Source: an uncultured Desulfobacterales bacterium
GTDB lineage: Bacteria; Desulfobacterota; Desulfobacteria; Desulfobacterales; JAFDCJ01
Direction: 5' to 3'
Length of the DNA: 44,154 nt
Assembly: GCA_947259065.1 (NCBI GenBank)
Contig: CAMYLH010000001.1
Location: 1 to 44,154, forward strand
This document shows positions 1-8,192 of the stretch, piece after piece (within the stretch, counting starts at the first letter, position 1; each line of letters begins with the position of its first letter). The position numbers were made by a program, and so were the translations under genes. Below the pieces are notes generated by a model that saw only the letters and a list, made by a program, of their open reading frames with translations, was not told where the DNA came from and searched no databases.

Positions 1-49
1 ATGGCCCCTGGAAGGGGCCGGGGCCACCTCTGCTGGTGGCCGCTGATTC

Positions 50-160
50 AATTCATAAGCCGCCGGCATCGATCGAGTTTGCACCCATCACGCATGCCCG
101 CGCGGTAACCGTAGAACCCTTTAAATTCTCATCCCGATAGGTCGGGGTGGCTTATGAATT
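50..160. repeat. ~110-bp dispersed element with terminal inverted repeats (second copy at 25152-25267)
   Basis: AATTCATAAGCC (50-61) / GGCTTATGAATT (149-160); colinear with the reverse complement of the 25.2-kb copy. Confidence 0.75.
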
Positions 161-178
161 ATTATAAGGAGGGATCCA

Positions 179-1849
179 ATGACTGAGACCATGACCAATG
201 CCGACAATTTTTGGCTCTGCATGGATGAGCCCACCAATTTGATGATCATAACAGCGTTCATGGAATTTGAAGAGCCTGTGAATTTCAAACGCCTTTATGC
301 AACCATCGAAAGTCGTTTGGCGTCCTTTAAACGGTTCCAAAAGCGGGTCGTAAGACCGGTTTCAGGTGTGGGTGTTCCGAATTGGGAAAACGACAAAAAT
401 TATGATCTTAGATCCCACCTTCAACGAGTAGCCCTGCCGGCGCCGGGGGATAAGGCTGTCCTGCAGGAAATGATCAGCAATTTAATGACCACGCCACTGG
501 ACCCGAACAAACCTTTGTGGCAAGTCCACCTTATTGAAAACTATGGGAAAGGATGTGTTGTCTTTTTCCGGATTCACCACTGCATTGCCGACGGCATTGC
601 GCTGGTTCATGTCATGCTTTCCACCGCGGACACTGAACCTGACGCCCCATGGCCGCAATATCAACCTGAAAAGCGACGGGATTCCAATTCCCTTAAATCC
701 TTTTTTCCGGTTGGCAATATAATCAGCACGATAACCAGAACAATAAACACAACGAAAAATTATGGCTCAAAACTGCTGCAAGAAGGCGAAAAAACCTTAT
801 CCGATCCATCCCACCTGAAAGAGATCGCCAATACCACCACCGGTTTGACCTCGGATCTAGTTTCCATCCTTACCAAACTTACAATCATGCCTTCGGACCC
901 CAAAACACCGTTTAAAGGCAAGCTGGGTGTTCGAAAACGCGTTGCCTGGACCGAACCGATGTCGCTCGACAAGATTAAAACGGTTGGACGAGCGATCAGC
1001 ACGGCGACCCTAAACGATGTGCTAATCGCCACGGTTACCGGTGCGATGCGTCGATATCTGAAAACCAGGAATACGCCTGTAAATGAGCTTGACCTGCGGG
1101 TAGCGGTTCCGGTCAACATTCGAAAACCAGGAACTGAATTCGAGCTCGGCAACCGGTTCAGCCTGGTTTTTCTTGCTCTGCCGGTATATATTGACGATCC
1201 GATCTTGCGGCTCAAGGAAGTAAAACGGCGAATGGACCACCTTAAGAAATCGCCGGATGCCTTTATAAACTTCGGACTTCTTAGCGCCATGGGTCTCTTA
1301 CCGGCCAATATCACCAAGAGAACGGCTCATATGTTCGGCAATAAAGCTTCAGGTGTTCTCACCAATGTGCCGGGTCCGAAGCAGCCCCTTTATTTTGCCG
1401 GCAAAAAGATAAGCAATATTATGTTTTGGGTGCCCAGATCCGGCATGGTCGGACTGGGTGTCAGTATTTTCAGCTATGACGGAAAGGTTACCGTAGGTAT
1501 TGCTTCCGATGAGAGGCTCATGCCGGATCCGGAAGTCCTTTTAGAAGGTTTCGAAGAAGAATTTAACCGTCTTCTGGGGCTGGTACAGTCCGGAAAGATA
1601 TATGATGAACCACTTGTTTTGCATGATAGGTATCAAGAAACGCTAAGCACGGAAATGTCAAAAGGTGAAAAAAAATCGAGTAAGACTCATGATACAGGTC
1701 CCGCCCAATGCAAGGCCACTACGAAAAAAGGCAATCAGTGCAAAAACCGCGCCTTGCCGGGCTCCGGATATTGCGGCTCCCACAAGCGGTTAGAAAAAGA
1801 CACTAAAGTGCAGGATGTCGCGCGGATTATGAAAGCGCTGAATGAATAA
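179..1849 (+). CDS. Wax ester synthase/diacylglycerol acyltransferase (WS/DGAT) with C-terminal CCCH motif
   Basis: Intact HHCIADG (HHxxxDG) motif, PLW, TLNDV, TNVPGP; RBS AAGGAGG; tail C-x9-C-x10-C-x2-H. Confidence 0.95.
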   Translation: MTETMTNADNFWLCMDEPTNLMIITAFMEFEEPVNFKRLYATIESRLASFKRFQKRVVRPVSGVGVPNWENDKNYDLRSHLQRVALPAPGDKAVLQEMISNLMTTPLDPNKPLWQVHLIENYGKGCVVFFRIHHCIADGIALVHVMLSTADTEPDAPWPQYQPEKRRDSNSLKSFFPVGNIISTITRTINTTKNYGSKLLQEGEKTLSDPSHLKEIANTTTGLTSDLVSILTKLTIMPSDPKTPFKGKLGVRKRVAWTEPMSLDKIKTVGRAISTATLNDVLIATVTGAMRRYLKTRNTPVNELDLRVAVPVNIRKPGTEFELGNRFSLVFLALPVYIDDPILRLKEVKRRMDHLKKSPDAFINFGLLSAMGLLPANITKRTAHMFGNKASGVLTNVPGPKQPLYFAGKKISNIMFWVPRSGMVGLGVSIFSYDGKVTVGIASDERLMPDPEVLLEGFEEEFNRLLGLVQSGKIYDEPLVLHDRYQETLSTEMSKGEKKSSKTHDTGPAQCKATTKKGNQCKNRALPGSGYCGSHKRLEKDTKVQDVARIMKALNE

Positions 1850-1883
1850 CAATTGAATTCCATAGGTATAGAAAGGATAGGCC

Positions 1884-3678
1884 ATGCTACCTGAATATTT
1901 CGAATTTACACTCCCCACCAGGCTCGTTTACGGTATTGGAATTTTAGGCAACATCGACAATTCCATCAAGCATTTCGGCAACAGGCCCAGTGGATATCGT
2001 CAAAAAGGGCTTTGAAAACACCAACATCGAAATTGTCTGCAAATATGACAACGTCCCGCCCAACTCGACCATCAAAACCGTCAAAAGCTGCGCTCTGCTG
2101 GCCAAAAAGCATAAATGCGATATGATCATCGCCATTGGAGGCGGCAGCGTCATCGACACGGCCAAGGTCGCCAACATTCTCATTGTCAAAGGCGGCAAGG
2201 TAGAAGATCACATGGGCGCCTACCTTCTGGACAGAAATGAGGAGCTGCTGCCGGCAATTTTCATCCCCACCACGGCGGGAACCGGTTCGGAAGTGACCAA
2301 GGTGGCGGTAATTGCCGATCCGGATAATGATGTCAAGCTGCCCTTTGCCGAAGAGCAATTCCTGCCCCGGATGGCGATCCTTGATCCCGAAGTCACCGTC
2401 TCGATGCCGGGCAAACTGACCGCCGCAACGGGCATGGATGCCCTGACCCATGCAATTGAAGCCTATGTGGACAAGGAATGGTCGCCTGCCTCCGATGCCC
2501 TGGCGCTGCATGCAATCAAGCTTATCAGCAACAATATCCTTCAGGTCTGTGCCCATCCCGAGGACCTTATGGCCCGGGGTGCTATGCTTGCTGGCAGTTT
2601 TCTTGCCGGCGTGGCCTTTTCGCATTCCATGGTGGGCATGGTGCATGGCATCTCCCATGCGCTTGGCGGAGTTTATCATATTCCTCATGGGTTGGCCAAT
2701 GCACTGGTTTTGCCGGAAGTCATGCAGTTTAATTTAAAATCCAGACTGGCGCGTTATTCAGATATTGCCATGGCTTTGGGTGTCACATTTCCACAGGCAA
2801 TTCGTGAAAGCCGCAGCATGCTGGAATCCGGTCGGCTGGACTTTATTAAAAATAAGTTAATTCCAGTGGATTCTCTCAGGGATTGGATTGATACCCAATC
2901 TTTCAGGGCAAGGGGCCTTGCTTCAAAAGCGCTCGGCAATCTGCTATTTATCGATCAATGGTTCAGTAAGCAAGCCGCTGAAGCCGGCGTGGAAAAGATA
3001 CGGATTTTAACCCGCCAACTTTCGTATTTAACTAAAATGCCGCTTAACTTGAAAGATGCTGGGATCACCGACAACCTGGCCAAACTGGAGCAGGTGGCCG
3101 CTACCGCCATGGAAGATGGCGCCATGTTGTACAATCCCGTAGAACCCGATCGTGATGCGATAATCAAAATCGTCAAAAAATTATACTACACCCGAGTGGA
3201 ACCGCTGCCCGTATCGGAAGAAGACCTGCGTCCGCTGGCGTCAAAACGCGGCGGAAAGGAAATGAAAAATGTTTTTAAAGATACAGATGTGCTGTACAGT
3301 GTTTTTATGGCTTTTTATGAAGAGCTGAAAAATAATCCAGAAATCGGCCCTGCCCTGCAAAAAACCGATCTTTGCATTCAGTTCGTGTACAAAAACCCTG
3401 CCGCGGTCATTACAATTGATGCCGGAAAAAAGGATTTAATCATCCATAAAGGAGACTTCAAAGGAAGCCCTGAAGTCACCATGACCATGAATGCGGATTT
3501 CGCTCATAAATTCTGGCATGGCAAAGCCAATCTGGTATCGGCCTTAACCCGCCGGCAGGTGATTGCCAAAGGTAATGTCCCCAAGACCATTAAACTCCTT
3601 CCGATTTTAAAACCTGCTTATGCTCTGTATCCACGCTTTTTAAGGGAAAAGGGGCTGGGGCATCTGGTTATGGGATAA
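1884..3678 (+). pseudogene. Iron-containing alcohol dehydrogenase fused to SCP2 lipid-binding domain, frameshifted near 1980-1985
   Basis: ATG 1884 with RBS gives MLPEYFEFTLPTRLVYG (matches the paralog at 19096) but stops at 2013-2015; main frame 1990-3678 has GGGS, PTTAGTGSE, DALTHAIE, HGISH, HG and a C-terminal SCP2-like domain. Confidence 0.85.
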
Positions 3679-3706
3679 TCAACCCGCAAGCAACCTGGAG
3701 GAAACA

Positions 3707-5773
3707 GTGAAACAGATAGTCAGCATCAGCCTTGGACCCAGCAGCAAAGATTACGAATTTGAAACGGAATTTTTAGGCCAGAATTTTAACATCAAACGCT
3801 TTGGAGCCGACGGCGACATGGATAAAGCAGCGCGAATGTTGCTGGCATGGGATAACCGTGCAGACGCCCTGGGGCTGGGTAATATGAAATTTCCTAAAAC
3901 CATAGGCCCAATGCATTCGACGCAACAGCATGCTGAAAAATTAAATAAACTTTCGTCCACAATTCAAACTCCGGTAACCATGGGAAGTGCCTTGCGTGAG
4001 GTTGCTTTTGAATGGTCTCTTCGCTTTATCCAGTTTAAATTCGGCAACTATTTTAATAATGCCAGGGTGCTGTTTCTTTCCGGTCTGGACCAGCACAAAA
4101 TTGCCCAAGTCATGTCCGAATACACGGAAAATATCACCTTTGCCGATCCGGTTCTTGAAAACGGGATCCCAAAATTTTTAAATTCTATCAAAGAATTTGA
4201 ATTGTACGCCGGTGGTATTCATGAAGTACTGAATTGGGTCCCCAGCAAAAGCCTCTCATCTTCAGTCATGCCGATACGGGCCTGGAATGAATACATCATA
4301 CGAAAAGCCATGCAAAAAGCGAATATCATCGCTGTCCCGTATTATGACTTTTTTGGGTATTTAGAAAAGGCAACGCTTGAAGAACTGGGAGGTAAAACCA
4401 TCATCACTTCCACTGCTTATGATGATCGCATTGATTTTTTGAAGGAAGCGGGCGTAGATGTCGTTATTGATACAACCCCTAAAATTCTAGAGCGTGTTGT
4501 CGGGCACAATGTCCTTGAGGCTTTGATCCTTGCGGCCCTGGGAAGGAACCGGGACCAGGTCAGGGCTGATGATTTGCTGGAAATTATCAGCGATCAGAAA
4601 ATGGATCCCAGGATTGTATATCCTTCCGGGGACTCCAAAAGGGTAAACCGGTTTGCATTTGTTATCCATCCGCTTTCACAGGAATATTTTAAGAAGGTCG
4701 ATTCCATTGAAATTCTGTCAAAGGTGAGTCCTCCCGTATTCATGGATGCAGTCGAAAAGGTCATGGCCTACTCGCCGCCTATGATTTATTCAAAAGTGAC
4801 CGGAGTAAAATCACCCACTGGCGTAGAAGCGGAAGGTTGGCTTATCAGTGTGGGTGGGACTCCCCGGGAAATGCTGGCCCATAGTCCCGAGTTTACCTAT
4901 AAGCGATTGCTACAGGCCGCCAATACGGCAAAGCGGCTGGGCGCACAGATCATGGGACTTGGTGCCTTTACCAAGGTAGTGGGAGACGCCGGGGTGACCG
5001 TGGCAAAAAAAGCGGACATTCCCGTTACCACGGGCAACTCCTACAGCGCATCCGGGGCACTTTGGGCCGCCGCGGACGCCGTGCGTCGAATGGGATTGAT
5101 CAAGGTTGAAAAAGGAAAGAAAATTAAGGCCAGAACAATGGTTTTCGGGGCGACCGGCGCCATTGGTTCGGTCTGCTGCCGCTTGCTGGCAAAGGCCTTT
5201 AAAGAAGTTTGCATGGTGGGCCGTAATCCCGCCAAGCTGCTGGCTTTAAAAGAGGCGATCCACCAAGAGGACCCGGATGTTAATGTTCGAATGTCTACCA
5301 ATCCCGAAAAATTTTTGAAAGATATGGACCTCATTGTCACGGCAACCTCCGGCGCCGGTAAAGCCATCCTTGATATCATGCAAGTCAAGCCCGGCTGTGT
5401 CATTACGGATGTAGCGCGTCCCCTTGACCTGTCTCCCGAAGACGTTGCCAAACGTCCCGACGTGCTGGTAATTGAATCCGGAGAAATTGAACTGCCGGGT
5501 AATCCGGAAATGAAAAATATCGGTTTGCCCCCCAAAGTTGCCTATGCCTGTCTTGCTGAAACCATTGTTTTGGCTCTGGAAGGACGCTTTGAGATCTTTA
5601 CCATCGGGCGTGATATCGAATGGGAAAAGGTGAGAGAGATCTATAAAATGGGTCTTAAACACGGTATGAAACTTGCCGCCATTTCAGGGGTGAATGGGGT
5701 GTTTACGGATGAAGACATCGACAAGGTGAGAGAGCTTGCGCTTGCAGCCAGGAAGAATGGACTAAGGGCCTAA
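3707..5773 (+). CDS. Two-domain protein: unknown N-terminal domain plus acyl-ACP/acyl-CoA reductase (cyanobacterial AAR-like) domain
   Basis: FAFVIHP, SPTG, LGAFT, TTGNS, GATGAIG, YACLAE parallel the AAR motifs FGLIGH, SATG, LGGFT, TTGNT, GATGDIG, FACFAE; RBS GGAGG. Confidence 0.75.
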   Translation: MKQIVSISLGPSSKDYEFETEFLGQNFNIKRFGADGDMDKAARMLLAWDNRADALGLGNMKFPKTIGPMHSTQQHAEKLNKLSSTIQTPVTMGSALREVAFEWSLRFIQFKFGNYFNNARVLFLSGLDQHKIAQVMSEYTENITFADPVLENGIPKFLNSIKEFELYAGGIHEVLNWVPSKSLSSSVMPIRAWNEYIIRKAMQKANIIAVPYYDFFGYLEKATLEELGGKTIITSTAYDDRIDFLKEAGVDVVIDTTPKILERVVGHNVLEALILAALGRNRDQVRADDLLEIISDQKMDPRIVYPSGDSKRVNRFAFVIHPLSQEYFKKVDSIEILSKVSPPVFMDAVEKVMAYSPPMIYSKVTGVKSPTGVEAEGWLISVGGTPREMLAHSPEFTYKRLLQAANTAKRLGAQIMGLGAFTKVVGDAGVTVAKKADIPVTTGNSYSASGALWAAADAVRRMGLIKVEKGKKIKARTMVFGATGAIGSVCCRLLAKAFKEVCMVGRNPAKLLALKEAIHQEDPDVNVRMSTNPEKFLKDMDLIVTATSGAGKAILDIMQVKPGCVITDVARPLDLSPEDVAKRPDVLVIESGEIELPGNPEMKNIGLPPKVAYACLAETIVLALEGRFEIFTIGRDIEWEKVREIYKMGLKHGMKLAAISGVNGVFTDEDIDKVRELALAARKNGLRA

Positions 5774-5889
5774 TGCTTGGAGGATAGAGAGGTTGGCAGC
5801 GGGGAGGCCGAGATGTTTGAAGCCATTTTATAGCCTCCCGGTTTTCCAGCTTCCGAACTTATGGCTTCCATAAAAACCAGGAGACCGAT

Positions 5890-7953
5890 GTGAAACAAAT
5901 TGTAAATATCAGTCTGGGACCAAGCAACGACGATTATGAATTTAAGGGGAAATTTTTAGATCACAATTTTTATATCAGGCGTTTTGGCACGGATGGCAAC
6001 CTTGAAAAAGCTGAAGACCTGCTATTGCAATGGAATAAAAAGGCAGATGCTGTCGGTTTGGGGTATGTTAAATTTCCCTACACCATTGGACCCGGCATTC
6101 TGAATAAAGAAACCAAAGAATTGCAAAAGCTGGGATCTCAACTACAAATACCCGTGACGACTGGAGATACTTTGCGTAGCGTGGCGCATGAATGGTCTTT
6201 GCGTCATCTTCAGTTTCAATTCGGAGGTAATTATTTTACGAATGCAAGAGTGTTTTTTTTCTCGGGAATGGTGAATTCCACAATAGCAAAAGTTATGTCC
6301 GAATACACGGATAATCTCACCTTTGCCGACCCGGTCCTTGAAAACGGGATCCCGAAGTTTTTAAATTCCATCAAAGACCTTGAATTGTACGCCGGCGGAA
6401 TTCATGGCGTGCTGCAATGGGTACCCAGCAAACGCTTTTCTTCCGCGGCCATGCCTTTTCGTTTAGTAATTGAATATATTATGCGCAAAGCCGTGCAAAA
6501 AGCCCATATCATCGTGGTCCCGTATTATAATTTTTTCAGCTATCTGGAAGATTATACGGTTGATGATTTGAAGGGCAAAATTATTGTCACTTCCTCTGCC
6601 TATGATGACAGGGTTGAGTTCCTCAAGGAAAGAGGCGTTGATGTTATCATCGACACCACCCCGAAAGTTCTTGAAAAAGTTGTGGGAACGAGCGTGCTGG
6701 AGGCCATGATTCTTGCGGCTTTGGATATACCGTCAGGCCGGGTCAGACCTGACGATTTGCTGGAAATCATCAGCGAACAGAAAATGGACCCCAGGATTGT
6801 ATATCCGTCCGGCGAACCCAAGCGGGTCAATCGTTTTGCTTATGTCATCCACCCGCTTTCACAGGAATATTTGAAAAAAGTTAAACCCATTGAAATTTTA
6901 TCCGATATGGTTCCGGGAGTCATGGATACGGTGGAAAGGGTTGCAGCTTATGCGCCACCCTTTGTTTATTCCAAGGTAACCGGCATCAAATCACCGACCG
7001 GTGTTGAAGCGCAAGGATGGCTGATTGCCCTTGGCGAAACACCGGAACAAATGCAGTCCCACAGCCCTGAATTTACGACCGGCCGTATTCTGGAGGCGGC
7101 CAAAACCGCAAAACGACTGGGCGCCCAGATCATGGGAATAGGTATGCTCCCCAAGGCAATGAAAGACACCGGTGTGGAGGTGGCCAAACATGCCGTGCTG
7201 CCCATCACCACAGGAAACAGCTATGTTGCGTCAGCGGCGCTCTGGGCCGCTTCGGATGCCGTGCGCCGCATGGGGTTGATCAAGGTTGAAAAAGGAAAAA
7301 TGCTCAATGCCACAACAATGGTCATCGGCGCCACAGGCCCTGTGGGAGCGATTTGTTCCCGCCTGCTGGCAAAAGCCTTTAAACACGTCCATATGGTGGG
7401 CCGAAACATAGCCAAATTGCTCGCTTTACAGGAGTCCATTCGAGAAGAATCTCCTGAAGTAAAACTTCATGTTTCGACAAGGGCTGACAAGTACTTAATG
7501 GACATGGACGTCATCATCGCGGCAAGCTCGGGAGCCGGTAAAATCTTGGACATCATGAGAGTAAAGCCCGGCTGCGTTATCACGGATGTAACACGTCCTC
7601 TGATTTTTTCCCGGGAAGATGCGGCGAAACGTCCGGATGTAATGGTCATTCAAAGCGGAGAGATATTCCTTCCGGGAGATAATGTTGAAATGAAAGATAT
7701 CGGCCTGCCGCCAAAAACAGCATACGCCGGCCTTGCTGAAACCATTGTGCTAGCCCTTGAAGGACGCTTTGAATCCTTTACCGTGGGCAGCGACACCGAA
7801 TGGGAAAAAGTGAGAGAAGTCTATCGAATGGGCCTTAAACACGGCATGAAACTGGCTGCCATTTCAGGAGTGTCCGACGTGTTTTCGGATGAGGATATTC
7901 TCAAGGTAAAAGAGCTTGCGCTCAAGGAGATAATTAAAGCCGGGACACAATAA
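5890..7953 (+). CDS. Tandem paralog of the AAR-like protein lacking the catalytic Cys
   Basis: Colinear with 3707-5773; YAGLAE replaces YACLAE and GMLPK replaces GAFTK. Confidence 0.8.
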   Translation: MKQIVNISLGPSNDDYEFKGKFLDHNFYIRRFGTDGNLEKAEDLLLQWNKKADAVGLGYVKFPYTIGPGILNKETKELQKLGSQLQIPVTTGDTLRSVAHEWSLRHLQFQFGGNYFTNARVFFFSGMVNSTIAKVMSEYTDNLTFADPVLENGIPKFLNSIKDLELYAGGIHGVLQWVPSKRFSSAAMPFRLVIEYIMRKAVQKAHIIVVPYYNFFSYLEDYTVDDLKGKIIVTSSAYDDRVEFLKERGVDVIIDTTPKVLEKVVGTSVLEAMILAALDIPSGRVRPDDLLEIISEQKMDPRIVYPSGEPKRVNRFAYVIHPLSQEYLKKVKPIEILSDMVPGVMDTVERVAAYAPPFVYSKVTGIKSPTGVEAQGWLIALGETPEQMQSHSPEFTTGRILEAAKTAKRLGAQIMGIGMLPKAMKDTGVEVAKHAVLPITTGNSYVASAALWAASDAVRRMGLIKVEKGKMLNATTMVIGATGPVGAICSRLLAKAFKHVHMVGRNIAKLLALQESIREESPEVKLHVSTRADKYLMDMDVIIAASSGAGKILDIMRVKPGCVITDVTRPLIFSREDAAKRPDVMVIQSGEIFLPGDNVEMKDIGLPPKTAYAGLAETIVLALEGRFESFTVGSDTEWEKVREVYRMGLKHGMKLAAISGVSDVFSDEDILKVKELALKEIIKAGTQ

Positions 7954-7956
7954 ATC

Positions 7957-7985
7957 TTGATAAAAATGACGCGAAGCGTTATAAT
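7957..7985 (+). promoter_or_regulatory. Sigma70 promoter with degenerate operator
   Basis: TTGATA-N17-TATAAT; TGACGCGAAGCGTTA (7967-7981) matches 12/15 of the operator at 10470. Confidence 0.6.
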
Positions 7986-8192
7986 AAAGTCAATAATGGA
8001 CACACCAATAAATTAATGTATTGGAATTTCGACTTGTTATTGGCATCCGGCTTGTAGCGCCCACGCCCCGGAGAGAATAACGGTGCTTTTTGCAGCCATT
8101 CTATGGGTAAACCGCAATTTTTCTACGATCCTGAGGCCACCATTCCATTATTCCAATTGTGAGCAAAACGGATTTGTAGTACTGGAGGATAA

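Noticed and set aside
8041-8056. Sigma54-like TGGCATCCGGCTTGT
   Set aside because: The -12 is GT, and a good sigma70 promoter lies just upstream; unsupported
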